A stretch of 64,000 nt of DNA from Eubacteriales bacterium (GCA_045589515.1 JAZNPH010000050.1:137668-201667); one strand, 5' to 3'. Shown: positions 1 through 9,151, counted from the first letter of the stretch. A program made the numbers and translations. The notes: generated by a model from the sequence alone, not told the origin.

Positions 1-2
1 CT

Positions 3-740
3 GCCGCAGGAACCCCCGTGTTTTGCTCCAGCTTTGCTATGTTCGCTTGCGGACGTGCTTACGAGCAGATCCGTAATTCCGTGGCTTATCCCAAACTGAA
101 CGTGAAGATCTGCGCTTCCCACGGCGGTATCACCGTTGGTGAGGACGGCGCTACCCACCAGTATTGCGAGGATTTGGCCATCATGCGCGCCACCCCCAAC
201 ATGGTGGTGGTGAACCCTGCCGACGCTACCGAGACGGTGAAGGCTATCGAGGCCATTCTGGATTACGACGGCCCCGTTTACTGCCGCTTGGGCAGATTTG
301 CCGTTCCCGTGGTGTTTGACCCCGCTACCTACAAGTTCGAGCTGGGCAAGGGCAACGTACTGGCAGACGGCAAGGACGTAGCCATCTTTGCCACCGGTAT
401 TATGAACGCCGCCGCTTTGGAGGCAAGAGAACAGCTGAAGGCTTACGGCGTGGATGCGGCCATCATCGATATTCATACCATCAAGCCCATCGACAGAGAT
501 CTTATCGCTCACTACGCCGCCAAGACCGGCGCCGTGGTTACCGTTGAAGAGCATAATATCATCGGCGGCTTGGGCAGTGCGGTGGCCGAGGTTCTGGCCG
601 AGACCGTGCCCACCAAGATGGCCCGGGTTGGCATTGAGGACGTATTCGGCACTTCTGCTTCCGCAGAGGTTCTGCTGGATTACTACAAGCTCAACGCACA
701 GGGCATCGTAGAGAAGACTTTGAAGCTTCTCGGAAAATAA
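3..740 (+). CDS. Transketolase C-terminal subunit, with the 5' end cut by the window edge
   Basis: Translation reads ...GEDGATHQYCEDLAIMRATPNMVVVNPADATE...IDIHTIKPIDRDLI..., typical of the split transketolase C-terminal subunit. The frame is open to the window start. Confidence 0.85.
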   Translation, partial: AAGTPVFCSSFAMFACGRAYEQIRNSVAYPKLNVKICASHGGITVGEDGATHQYCEDLAIMRATPNMVVVNPADATETVKAIEAILDYDGPVYCRLGRFAVPVVFDPATYKFELGKGNVLADGKDVAIFATGIMNAAALEAREQLKAYGVDAAIIDIHTIKPIDRDLIAHYAAKTGAVVTVEEHNIIGGLGSAVAEVLAETVPTKMARVGIEDVFGTSASAEVLLDYYKLNAQGIVEKTLKLLGK

Positions 741-794
741 CAAACACGTGCCCACCCTCGGGTGGGCACACTTTGTATCACTAAGAGGTACCAT

Positions 795-1547
795 ATGACC
801 GTACAAGAATTGGCAGTATACCTGGATGAACGGATTCCCCCGGCCCTTTCCGAGCCCTGGGATAACGACGGACGGATGGTGATCCCCCATAGAGAGACTA
901 AGGTCACGGGGGTGCTTTGCGCCCTGGATTGCACAAGCGGCGCCATCGCCCGTGCCAGGGAGCTGGGATGCAACGTGATCTTGACCCATCACCCCCTGAT
1001 CTTCAAGCCCCTGGCAAGCCTTGCGGATACCGACAGCGTGGGGAAGCGGGTGCTTGCCTGCGTGGAAAGCGGCATCGCCGTCCTTTCCTACCACACCCGT
1101 CTGGACTCTCTGGAGGGCGGGGTCAACGATTGCCTGGCAAAGGCTCTGGAATTGCGGAACGTCACCTCCTTCCTGCCCTACGGCAGAATCGGCGAGGTGG
1201 AGGAGCAACCCTTCGAGACATTCGCCTCCCACGTGGGCAAGGCGTTGGAAACGAAAGAGCTTTCCTTGGTGAAGGCAACGTCCACCGTGAAAAAGGTTGC
1301 TTTGGTCTCCGGCAGCGGCAAGGACGAGATCCGTGAAGCGCTGGAAGCAGGGGCAGATACCTTTGTCACCGGGGAAGCCAACCACAGCAGTATGCTGGAT
1401 TGTATGGAGCTGGGGCTGAACCTGATCTGCGCAACCCATTACGCCACCGAGCGGGTGGTGCTGCCCTTTTTGCAGACTCTCACAGAGGAAGCAGGGCTGA
1501 AGGCCGTTATCTACCCCTTCGCCAGGGAGGCGGAATATGGCATTTGA
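795..1547 (+). CDS. Nif3-like dinuclear metal centre protein (YqfO/GTP cyclohydrolase 1 type 2 homologue)
   Basis: MTVQELAVYLDERIPPALSEPWDNDG...LTHHPLIF...ICATHYATE motifs. ATG at 795 follows AAGAGG (783-788). The longer ORF-track start at 762 lacks an RBS. Confidence 0.8.
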   Translation: MTVQELAVYLDERIPPALSEPWDNDGRMVIPHRETKVTGVLCALDCTSGAIARARELGCNVILTHHPLIFKPLASLADTDSVGKRVLACVESGIAVLSYHTRLDSLEGGVNDCLAKALELRNVTSFLPYGRIGEVEEQPFETFASHVGKALETKELSLVKATSTVKKVALVSGSGKDEIREALEAGADTFVTGEANHSSMLDCMELGLNLICATHYATERVVLPFLQTLTEEAGLKAVIYPFAREAEYGI

Positions 1548-3267
1548 CGGCTTCTTTTGTGTGGCGGTTGCCAATGAATTGAACGCGTGGGCAGGTGCCA
1601 AGGTAGAAAAGGTCCACCAAAGCGCCCCCTCTTGTATGTATCTTTGCCTGTATCGGGAGGGCAAACGGGCCAATCTGATCCTTTCCGTGGCGGCCTCCCG
1701 CCCTCTTTTGGCTATTACCGAGGAGGACATCGCCAAGCCCAAGGATCCCACCCCCTTCTGTATGCTGTTCCGCAAGCATTTGCAGAATGGCAGGTTGACC
1801 TCCGTCTCCTGTGTGCCCCACGAGCGTATTGTGAAGTTTTCCTTCGCCTGCGCCGACGAATTGGGCTTCCTGCGGGAGAAGACTCTGTATGCGGAGATGA
1901 TGGGGAAGTATTCCAATCTGATCCTTGTCAACGAGGACGGAAGGATCGTGGGGGCAACCTCCACGGCAGACCTCACCGCCTCCGTGCGCCAGGTGATGCC
2001 GGGGATGCCCTACGAATTGCCCGCCCCCCAGGAGAAATTCGACGCCCTCACCGTGACGGAAAGCGATTTCTTTGCCCTGCTGGCGGTGAATCGGGAGTTG
2101 ACCTTCGACCGCTTTCTGGTGTCTAAGTTCTTCGCCTTTTCCCCCGCCGTGGCAAGGGAGATCGCCTTTTTGGCATCGGGGAGCACCGATACCTTTGTCA
2201 GCGAATTGAACTTCACCCGTGCATGGGAGAGCTTTTCCTCCGTGATCGCCCGTATACGGGAAAACGACTATCTGCCCTCTGCGGTATACAACGGAGAGAA
2301 GGGCGTGGAATACGCCTACATTCCCCTCACCCAGTACGAAGGCATGACGGTGAAGCCTTACCAAAGCTTCTCAGAACTCCTGCTTTCCTATTTCGCCTCC
2401 AAGGAGGAGACGGTGAACATCCGCTCCTATGCGGCGGATATTCTCAAAACGGTGAACAATCATCTTGCCAGAGAAGAAAAGAAGATGGGTCTGCAGAAAA
2501 AAGAACTGCAGGACTGCGAAAAACGGGAGGCTCTGCGGAAGAACGGAGACCTGCTCATGGCAAACCTGTACCGCCTGAAGGGCGGCATGACCTCCGTGGT
2601 GGTAAGCGACTATGAGACCGGGGAGGACGTGGAGATTGCCATGGACGGCAGACTCACCCCCGTGCAGAACGCCCAGAACTACTACAAAAAGTACGCCAAG
2701 ATGAAGCGTGCCGCCGAGGCGTTGACGGAACAGCTTTTGCTCACGGAGGGGAAGATCCACCATCTGGAAAGTATTCTGGACGCCGTGGCCCGTGCAAGCG
2801 AGCTCACCGACTTAGAGGAGATCCGCAGAGAGCTGATAGAAACCGGCTTTTTGAAGTCCCACGCCGCCTTTAACCCCAAAAAGAAAAAGCAAGGGCTTTC
2901 CAAGCCCATCACCTATACCACCACCGACGGCATGACCGTCCGCGTGGGGCGTAACAACCTGCAAAACGACGCCCTGACCGCCTCTGCGGAGAAAAAGGAC
3001 CTGTGGTTCCACATCAAGAAGTTCCACGGCTCCCACGTGATCCTGGTGACAAACGGAGTGGAGCCCACCGACCGTGACTACACCGAAGCCGCCATGCTAG
3101 CCGCCTTCCACAGCGAAAAGAAGGGAAGCTCCAACGTGGAGGTGGATTATACCCGTGTGAAGTTTTTACGCAAGCCTGCGGGAAGCGCCCCGGGCTTCGT
3201 GACCTACGAGACCTATTACAGCGCCGTGGTAGACGCGGTGGATCCCTTTGCAAAAGGAAAGGAATGA
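1537..3267 (+). CDS. rqcH: RqcH / FbpA-NFACT family ribosome quality-control protein
   Basis: 576 aa. It has an NFACT-N-like N-terminus, a coiled-coil middle and a C-terminal ...LWFHIKKFHGSHVIL... (NFACT-R/DUF814) signature. It overlaps the upstream gene by 11 nt. Confidence 0.8.
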   Translation: MAFDGFFCVAVANELNAWAGAKVEKVHQSAPSCMYLCLYREGKRANLILSVAASRPLLAITEEDIAKPKDPTPFCMLFRKHLQNGRLTSVSCVPHERIVKFSFACADELGFLREKTLYAEMMGKYSNLILVNEDGRIVGATSTADLTASVRQVMPGMPYELPAPQEKFDALTVTESDFFALLAVNRELTFDRFLVSKFFAFSPAVAREIAFLASGSTDTFVSELNFTRAWESFSSVIARIRENDYLPSAVYNGEKGVEYAYIPLTQYEGMTVKPYQSFSELLLSYFASKEETVNIRSYAADILKTVNNHLAREEKKMGLQKKELQDCEKREALRKNGDLLMANLYRLKGGMTSVVVSDYETGEDVEIAMDGRLTPVQNAQNYYKKYAKMKRAAEALTEQLLLTEGKIHHLESILDAVARASELTDLEEIRRELIETGFLKSHAAFNPKKKKQGLSKPITYTTTDGMTVRVGRNNLQNDALTASAEKKDLWFHIKKFHGSHVILVTNGVEPTDRDYTEAAMLAAFHSEKKGSSNVEVDYTRVKFLRKPAGSAPGFVTYETYYSAVVDAVDPFAKGKE

Positions 3268-3271
3268 CCAT

Positions 3272-3835
3272 ATGGCAAAAATGAAATGGAAGGGCGGCAC
3301 CATGATGTCTCCCGTTCCCGCGGTGCTGGTAAGCTGTGCCGACGGGGAAAAGAAAAATCTGTTTACCGTGGCGTGGACGGGCATCGTATGCTCCAACCCG
3401 CCCCGTACCTACGTTTCCGTCCGTCCCGAGCGGTATTCCTACGAGCTGATCAAAAACAGTGGGGAATTCTGTATCAACCTGCCCACCTCTTATCTTGTGA
3501 AGGCGGTGGACTTCTGCGGCGTGCGAAGCGGCAGAGATATGGATAAGTTCGAGATGTGCCGCCTTACCCCCGAATCCTCCCAAACGGTTTCCTGCCCCTC
3601 TGTGGCGGAATGCCCCATTACTTTGGAATGCAAGGTGTTTGAGGAAAAGGATCTGGGCAGCCACACCATGTTCCTTGCAGACATCACTGCCGTAACGGTT
3701 GATGAAAGCATCGTGGGCGAGGACGGCAAGATGCATTTGGAGAAGGCTCACCCCATGGCCTACGGTCACGGCACCTACTATACTTTGGGGAAACGGATCG
3801 GCAAATTCGGCTACTCCGTGAAGAAGCGCAAATGA
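3272..3835 (+). CDS. Flavin reductase-like (FMN-binding split-barrel) protein
   Basis: SPVPAVLVSCADGEKKNLFTVAWTGIVCSNPPRTYVSVRPERYSYELI is a typical flavin reductase domain. ATG at 3272 is preceded by AAAGGAAAGGA. Confidence 0.75.
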   Translation: MAKMKWKGGTMMSPVPAVLVSCADGEKKNLFTVAWTGIVCSNPPRTYVSVRPERYSYELIKNSGEFCINLPTSYLVKAVDFCGVRSGRDMDKFEMCRLTPESSQTVSCPSVAECPITLECKVFEEKDLGSHTMFLADITAVTVDESIVGEDGKMHLEKAHPMAYGHGTYYTLGKRIGKFGYSVKKRK

Positions 3836-4308
3836 CCTCCGTCGTATTGATCCACGTGGGGGATTTTCGGGAAACCTACTTCCGCGAGGCGGAGGCGGAA
3901 TACAAAAAACGTCTCCAGAAGTATTGCACCTACCGCACGGTTTGCATTGCGGAAGAGCGTGTCCCCGACGAAAATAACCAAACCCACATCAAGCGCGCCT
4001 TGGAAAAGGAAGCGGAAAAGATCCGTGCCGCCATCCCGCCCCACCACACCAAGATCGCTTTGTGCGTGGAGGGGAAACAGCTTTCCTCCGAGGGGCTGGC
4101 CAAGCTGATGGGGGAAAAGACCTTGGAAGGCGGGCTGTGCTTCATCATCGGCAGCAGCCACGGGCTGGACGAGACCCTCAAAAAGGAATGTCCCGTAAAG
4201 CTTTCCTTCTCCCATATGACCTTCCCGCACCGCATCGCCCGCATTCTGCTGGCGGAGCAGGTGTACCGCGGCTTCACCATTTTGGCGGGGACAGGCTACC
4301 ACAAATAA
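3832..4308 (+). CDS. rlmH: 23S rRNA (pseudouridine1915-N3)-methyltransferase RlmH
   Basis: 158 aa with the SPOUT C-terminus ...IIGSSHGLDETLK...LSFSHMTFPHRIARILLAEQVYRGFTILAGTGYHK. ATGA overlap with the upstream gene. Confidence 0.9.
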   Translation: MTSVVLIHVGDFRETYFREAEAEYKKRLQKYCTYRTVCIAEERVPDENNQTHIKRALEKEAEKIRAAIPPHHTKIALCVEGKQLSSEGLAKLMGEKTLEGGLCFIIGSSHGLDETLKKECPVKLSFSHMTFPHRIARILLAEQVYRGFTILAGTGYHK

Positions 4309-4320
4309 TCTGTATAAAAA

Positions 4321-4369
4321 AGCTTCTTTTCGGTCTATACTAAGGTTACCAACCGAAAGGAGCTTTTTC
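4321..4369 (+). terminator. rlmH intrinsic terminator whose 3' arm contains the RBS of the downstream micro-ORF
   Basis: AGCTTCTTTTCGGT (4321-4334) pairs with ACCGAAAGGAGCT (4352-4364): 13 bp with one bulge. It is followed by TTTTT. Confidence 0.55.
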
Positions 4370-4370
4370 T

Positions 4371-4523
4371 ATGTCCAATTCCAAGAACCAAAAGAATCAA
4401 GCCAAGAACCAAAAGAACGATTGCAAGAATCAGCAAAATCAGCAGAACCAGCAAAATCAGAATCAGCAGAACAAAAGCAAAATACAAAACGAAAAAAGCA
4501 AAGAGCAGCTCTACGACTTCTGA
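4371..4523 (+). CDS. Unannotated 50-codon Gln/Asn/Lys-rich micro-protein, possibly a minor SASP-like spore protein
   Basis: Hand translation: MSNSKNQKNQAKNQKNDCKNQQNQQNQQNQNQQNKSKIQNEKSKEQLYDF*. AAAGGAG RBS at 4356-4362, 8 nt before the ATG, and an intrinsic terminator 12 nt after the stop. It is below the ORF-track length cut-off. Confidence 0.35.
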   Translation: MSNSKNQKNQAKNQKNDCKNQQNQQNQQNQNQQNKSKIQNEKSKEQLYDF

Positions 4524-4534
4524 TCCTCTCTCTG

Positions 4535-4564
4535 CCCGCCCTCCTCGGAGGGCGGTTGTTTTTT
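4535..4564 (+). terminator. Intrinsic terminator after the micro-ORF
   Basis: CCGCCCT/AGGGCGG GC-rich stem (4536-4555) followed by TTGTTTTTT. Confidence 0.7.
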
Positions 4565-4594
4565 ACCAAAAGAGAACCTTTGTTCGATTTTCTA

Positions 4595-4623
4595 TTGCAA
4601 TCGGGCAAAAAGTATGATATAAT
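4595..4623 (+). promoter_or_regulatory. Sigma-A-type promoter of the ycaQ-like operon
   Basis: TTGCAA-17 nt-TATAAT with a TGn extended -10, about 27 nt upstream of the 4651 ATG. Confidence 0.55.
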
Positions 4624-4650
4624 GAAAAAACAGGGAAGGGGGGAACGTCC

Positions 4651-5703
4651 ATGACCTTGGAAGAGCTGAAGATCCGCCAAATGACCAACCAATATCTGAT
4701 CCGAAAGGGTACAAAGGAAACCGTGGTTCGTGACCTTTGCGGGGTGCAAGCCCAATTTTTGGGGAACGCCATCCATTCTTTGCGGATCCGTTGCCATGAT
4801 TTTGAGGAATCCACGGTAAAAGACGGCCTGGCGAAAAACTGGACGTTGCGCGGTACCGTCCACGTTTTCTCGGAGAAGGATCTACCCCTGTTCATCCGTT
4901 GCAACAACGGGGCGGACTACCGCAGAAATCAATGGAACGGCTACACCTTCTGGAACCAACGGGACAAATGGGCACTTTCCCCGGAGCGTCAGGCTTACCT
5001 TTCCGAAGTGATCCTGGAGGCTTTGGAAAACGGCTCCAAGACCCGTGAAGAACTAAAGGAGATCTGTCGGGAAAAGGGCATGATCTACCCGGAGGAGACC
5101 TGTATGTTCGAGCCCTGGGGCGGCGGGATCTGCGAGCTTTGCAAGCGGGGCTTTATGCAGTATGTGGTGCAGGAAAAGAAGGCTTACTGCCTGTCACCTG
5201 CCTTCACCCCCATGAAGGACGAGGAAGCACAGCTTGAGATCGCAAGGCGGTATTTCACCCACATCGGCCCTGCCACCATCCACGACGCCATGTATTTCCT
5301 GGGGGCAAAGCAGGCGGAGGTGAAAAGGTGGCTTTCCCTGCTGCCTGTGGAAAGCACCACCCTGGAGGGCAAGACCTATTTCTACATCGAAAACGGAAAA
5401 TCCTACGACGAGGCTATCCCCAAGTGCGTCTTCCTCGCAGGATTCGACCAATTGATGTTGGGTTATCAGAAAAAGGAAAGCCTGTACCTTCCTCCGGAGC
5501 ATCTCCGCGGGATCTTCAACTTAGCGGGGATCGTGATGCCTGCCCTCCTTTTGGACGGCCGCGTGGTGGGGAAGTGGAAAAAGAAAAATACCAAGCTCAC
5601 CGTCACCTTGTTTGAGCAGGTGAGGGCGGAGGACAGAAAAGCCATCGTCTCCCACGGGGAAGCCCTTTGGAGCGACCTGAAGAAGATCGAGTTTGAGGAG
5701 TAA
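4651..5703 (+). CDS. Winged-helix DNA-binding protein of the YcaQ/AlkZ (DUF1006) DNA glycosylase family
   Basis: The N-terminal ...VVRDLCGVQAQFLGNAIHSLRIRC... (QxQ-type motif) and the overall 350-aa length fit the YcaQ/AlkZ family. Confidence 0.65.
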   Translation: MTLEELKIRQMTNQYLIRKGTKETVVRDLCGVQAQFLGNAIHSLRIRCHDFEESTVKDGLAKNWTLRGTVHVFSEKDLPLFIRCNNGADYRRNQWNGYTFWNQRDKWALSPERQAYLSEVILEALENGSKTREELKEICREKGMIYPEETCMFEPWGGGICELCKRGFMQYVVQEKKAYCLSPAFTPMKDEEAQLEIARRYFTHIGPATIHDAMYFLGAKQAEVKRWLSLLPVESTTLEGKTYFYIENGKSYDEAIPKCVFLAGFDQLMLGYQKKESLYLPPEHLRGIFNLAGIVMPALLLDGRVVGKWKKKNTKLTVTLFEQVRAEDRKAIVSHGEALWSDLKKIEFEE

Positions 5704-5707
5704 AGCC

Positions 5708-6094
5708 ATGCTGACCCTGAAAAACAAAAACCTTTGTTATTCCTACGTGATGGGGATGAACGACGAGATCTTTTCCCTGAAGGAGCAGGGCTTTACCGTC
5801 TGCCGAGACGGAGAGAACTACACCGTGACCTTCCCGAAGGAACTAACTTCCCTGTGGGAAATGTTCGTTTCTTCTCATTTGCCCCGGGACTATTGGAACG
5901 AGTATCTTGCCGACGGCTGTGTGGTGTTCCTGTTCTCCTTGGAAGCGGGGATCAAACGCTTTGTAGTGGAAGCCGACTCCCACCCGGAGGTGCTTTCCCT
6001 TTGCGAAGCGCTTTGCGGGTGTAAGTTCCCGTCCTTGCAAGAGATGCTCTTGGGAAATTGGTTTTATAGGCAAGCGATAGGAGGAACCCCATGA
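5708..6094 (+). CDS. Hypothetical protein
   Basis: ORF packed 4 nt after the upstream stop, with an ATGA overlap to the next gene. No family recognised. Confidence 0.5.
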   Translation: MLTLKNKNLCYSYVMGMNDEIFSLKEQGFTVCRDGENYTVTFPKELTSLWEMFVSSHLPRDYWNEYLADGCVVFLFSLEAGIKRFVVEADSHPEVLSLCEALCGCKFPSLQEMLLGNWFYRQAIGGTP

Positions 6095-6810
6095 CGAAAA
6101 ACGAGATCTGCCAACCGATCTACGATACGTATCATGCATTAAACGCCGCCCTGCAGGGGGATGACCTTGGGTTGATCAAAAAGCTGGCCTTGGAGCTTCA
6201 CGCCATGACCCATCCGAGGGAGGTTTCCGGGAGCGATATTCCCACCATCGCAGACACCGTTTTTGACTATATGCGTTGCGGCCACCGGAATCTTTTGGTT
6301 CCCCGGGAGGATTACGAAACGGATCTTCACTATGCGGGGACGAAGACCGTTCCTCTGTGCTGGTACTTCTGGCATACCTACCGCATCGAAGACCTGGTGA
6401 GCAATCTTCTCATGTGCAACCAAAACCAGATCTTCGACAGCACGTGGCAAAAGGCGATGAACGCCCCCATCACCGACACGGGCAACGCCTTGAACGAGGA
6501 GGAAGCCATTGCCTTGGGCAAGGCGTTGGATCTCAACGCGCTGTACGAATACATGATCGCTGTGGGGAAGAACTCCCGCAGGGTGATCGAAGGCTTGTCC
6601 CTTGAGGAGATCCGTTCCATGGTGCCCGAGGAATGGGTGATGCGCATCCTGGAGGAAGGGGGCGTCACCACAGACTTCCGCTCCGTGTGGCTGTTGGTGT
6701 TCTGGGGCAGACTCACCCGCGGCGGCATGATCCTGACCCCGCTGACCTCCCACCACATGATGCACCTCCCCGCGTGCTTGGATAAAATATTGAACGAACG
6801 GTTTATTTAG
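6091..6810 (+). CDS. Hypothetical helical protein, possibly with a DinB-like fold
   Basis: 239 aa, with conserved-looking His residues (HAMTHP, WHTYRIEDL, SHHMMH). Translationally coupled to its neighbours. The family assignment is tentative. Confidence 0.5.
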   Translation: MTKNEICQPIYDTYHALNAALQGDDLGLIKKLALELHAMTHPREVSGSDIPTIADTVFDYMRCGHRNLLVPREDYETDLHYAGTKTVPLCWYFWHTYRIEDLVSNLLMCNQNQIFDSTWQKAMNAPITDTGNALNEEEAIALGKALDLNALYEYMIAVGKNSRRVIEGLSLEEIRSMVPEEWVMRILEEGGVTTDFRSVWLLVFWGRLTRGGMILTPLTSHHMMHLPACLDKILNERFI

Positions 6811-6828
6811 ATCGGATAATAAAAAGAT

Positions 6829-7695
6829 ATGCACTTCGTCAATGCAAAAGGGATCTTATCCCAACACAACGGAATGAATATTTACCGCGGGTGTACCCAC
6901 GGGTGCATCTACTGCGACAGCCGTTCTGCCTGTTATCAAATGCCCCACGATTTTGAGGATATCGAGGTGAAGCAAAACGCTCCCGAACTGTTGGAGCAAG
7001 CTCTGCGGCGGAAGCGGAACAAATGCATGATCGGTACGGGGGCTATGTGCGACCCGTATATGCATTGCGAGGCGGAGCTGATGCTCACCCGCCGTTGCCT
7101 GGAGATCATCGACCGCTATCACTTCGGGGTGGCGTTGCAGACGAAATCCGATCTGGTACTGCGGGATCTGGATCTCCTCAAAAGCATTCACGCCCATTCC
7201 AAGGCCGTGGTGCAAATGACCCTGACCACTTACGACGAAGCGCTTTGCCGCATTGTGGAGCCGAACGTCTGCACCACCAAACGGCGGTACGAGGTCTTGA
7301 AGCGCCTTCAAAAGGAGGGCATCCCCACGGTGGTTTGGCTCACTCCGCTTCTGCCCTACATCAACGACACCCCGGAGAACGTGCGGGGGATCCTGAGCTA
7401 CTGTTTTGATGCAGGGGTGAAGGGGATCCTTACCTTCGGCGAGGGCGGTATGACTCTGCGGGAAGGGGATCGGGAATACTACTATGCCGCTTTGGATCGG
7501 CATTTCCCGGGGTTGAAGCAGAGGTATATCCGGCGATACGGGATGGAGTACCAACTCCCTTCGGACAGGGGCAGGTACTTGATGCACATCGTCCGCGAGG
7601 AATGCAAAGCCCACGGCGTCATGTGCGACCAAAACGAGATCTTCGGATATCTGTTTGCGTATCCAAAGAAGTTTGAACAGTTAAGCCTGTTTTGA
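6829..7695 (+). CDS. Radical SAM protein, SplB/COG1533-like (DNA repair photolyase-type)
   Basis: The N-terminal ...NIYRGCTHGCIYCDSR... is a CxxxCxxC cluster motif in the context typical of SPL-family radical SAM proteins. Confidence 0.75.
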   Translation: MHFVNAKGILSQHNGMNIYRGCTHGCIYCDSRSACYQMPHDFEDIEVKQNAPELLEQALRRKRNKCMIGTGAMCDPYMHCEAELMLTRRCLEIIDRYHFGVALQTKSDLVLRDLDLLKSIHAHSKAVVQMTLTTYDEALCRIVEPNVCTTKRRYEVLKRLQKEGIPTVVWLTPLLPYINDTPENVRGILSYCFDAGVKGILTFGEGGMTLREGDREYYYAALDRHFPGLKQRYIRRYGMEYQLPSDRGRYLMHIVREECKAHGVMCDQNEIFGYLFAYPKKFEQLSLF

Positions 7696-7716
7696 TGGAA
7701 CGCAATTGTCTATTGC

Positions 7717-7745
7717 TTGACGGCGAACCTCTGCGGTGGTATAGT
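7717..7745 (+). promoter_or_regulatory. Sigma-A-type promoter
   Basis: TTGACG-17 nt-TATAGT upstream of the XRE/zinc-ribbon gene. Confidence 0.55.
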
Positions 7746-7773
7746 ATAGTTAACAATATTTCAGGAGTACGCT

Positions 7774-8220
7774 ATGAAAGATATGATCATTGACCTCCGC
7801 AAAAGGAATCACCTTACCCAAGAACAGTTTGCAGAGAAGCTTTTTGTAACCCGTCAGGCCGTATCCCGTTGGGAGCTTGGAGAGTCTATACCCAACGTGG
7901 AAACAATAAAAATGATTTCCGAGCAGTTCGGCGTTCCTACCGACACGCTTTTGAATGTCAAGCGAAATATGATGTGTCAGTGCTGTACCTATCCGTTGCA
8001 CAAGATCGAGGAACTGGGCACAAATGAAGACGGCACGTTGAATACAGATTACTGTATTTACTGCTTCAAGGACGGGAAGTGGGTGGATCCCGATTATACC
8101 GTTGAGGATGTGGTGAACTATACGATCCCGTTTATGACTTCTCCGAATTTCACGTCGGAGCAAGCCCGCGAATATCTTGAATCTCTTGTTCCCACACTAA
8201 AAAGATGGCGCAAGGAATGA
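7774..8220 (+). CDS. XRE-family HTH regulator with a C-terminal zinc-ribbon domain
   Basis: HTH LTQEQFAEKLFVTRQAVSRWELGESIPNVETI, then CQCC...CIYC Cys pairs. AGGAG RBS, with a consensus promoter upstream. Confidence 0.75.
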   Translation: MKDMIIDLRKRNHLTQEQFAEKLFVTRQAVSRWELGESIPNVETIKMISEQFGVPTDTLLNVKRNMMCQCCTYPLHKIEELGTNEDGTLNTDYCIYCFKDGKWVDPDYTVEDVVNYTIPFMTSPNFTSEQAREYLESLVPTLKRWRKE

Positions 8221-8229
8221 GCACTTTCG

Positions 8230-8256
8230 GCCGAGGTTATTCCTCGGCTGTTTTTT
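8230..8256 (+). terminator. Intrinsic terminator
   Basis: GCCGAGG-TTATT-CCTCGGC followed by TGTTTTTT. Confidence 0.7.
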
Positions 8257-8392
8257 GCAATGAGAAGGTTGTGGGGACAACGAAAAGGCGTCCCTTGGCA
8301 TGGGGGAAGAGGGGGATTGTCCTAAAGACAAAATATTTTTTGCGGGCCCCCTGTTTTTATCGAGGCGGGTTGTCCTCGCAACGAAATGTTGC

Positions 8393-8421
8393 TTGATTCT
8401 TTTTGGCTTTTTTGCTATACT
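8393..8421 (+). promoter_or_regulatory. Sigma-A-type promoter
   Basis: TTGATT-17 nt-TATACT, 27 nt upstream of the 8449 ATG. Confidence 0.5.
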
Positions 8422-8448
8422 CAAAGCACACCGGATTGGAGGGACAAT

Positions 8449-9123
8449 ATGATCGGCGAAAATATTAAAAAAATGCGTGTGCAAATGAACATCACGCAAG
8501 ATGCTCTTGCCGAGACTTTGAATGTGACTCGGCAGGCGGTTTCCAAGTGGGAAAATAATAACGGCGAACCGGATCTCGACATGCTGCAACGTATAGCGGC
8601 GGCTTTGAATACGACGTTGGAGGAGCTTCTGTATGGAGATTGCTCTGTCCAAATCCTTTCCATCTCCAAAGAAAAGCTTCCTGCGGTTCGCCTGGTTGGG
8701 AAGCGGTATAGCGGGAATGAAAATTTCCATGCAAAATGGCGGCAGTGGCAAACAAACGGCTTGTTTTCTGCGTTGGAGCAATCGAACTCTCCTTATAGTG
8801 GCTGTTGCGTCGGCGCAAAACGCATTGTAAACGGAGGGCTGGAGTATTGGATCGGGATGTTATTTCTTCCCGACACACCCGTTCCCGCAGGTTTTGAGTT
8901 TGCGGATATAGCCTCGGTGGATTTAGCAAACCTCCGCTTGCGTGGAAAAGCGTATCAGCTTTCTTCTTTCGATACTCATAACCGCTGTCTTGCGGAGCTA
9001 AGCGCGCATGAAATGACCCGATTTGAAGATCACTGGTGCTTTGAATGCTTCGAGAGGCATATGGTAGGGTTGGCATACACCGAAAAAATGGTCGAAATGG
9101 AGTACAAAATCGCGATCCTGTAA
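8449..9123 (+). CDS. XRE-family HTH regulator with a GyrI-like/effector-binding C-terminal domain
   Basis: HTH ITQDALAETLNVTRQAVSKWENNNGEPDLDML. The C-terminal half resembles GyrI-like small-molecule-binding domains. ATG at 8449 follows GGAGGG. Confidence 0.7.
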   Translation: MIGENIKKMRVQMNITQDALAETLNVTRQAVSKWENNNGEPDLDMLQRIAAALNTTLEELLYGDCSVQILSISKEKLPAVRLVGKRYSGNENFHAKWRQWQTNGLFSALEQSNSPYSGCCVGAKRIVNGGLEYWIGMLFLPDTPVPAGFEFADIASVDLANLRLRGKAYQLSSFDTHNRCLAELSAHEMTRFEDHWCFECFERHMVGLAYTEKMVEMEYKIAIL

Positions 9124-9151
9124 GTGGAGTGCAAAAAGAAACTTTTCCTCA

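Noticed and set aside
4369-4907. ORFs 4369-4863 minus (164 aa), 4563-4907 minus (114 aa) and 4421-4654 plus (77 aa).
   Set aside because: They overlap the better-supported micro-ORF, its terminator and the ycaQ-like gene. They have no RBS, and their translations are low-complexity.
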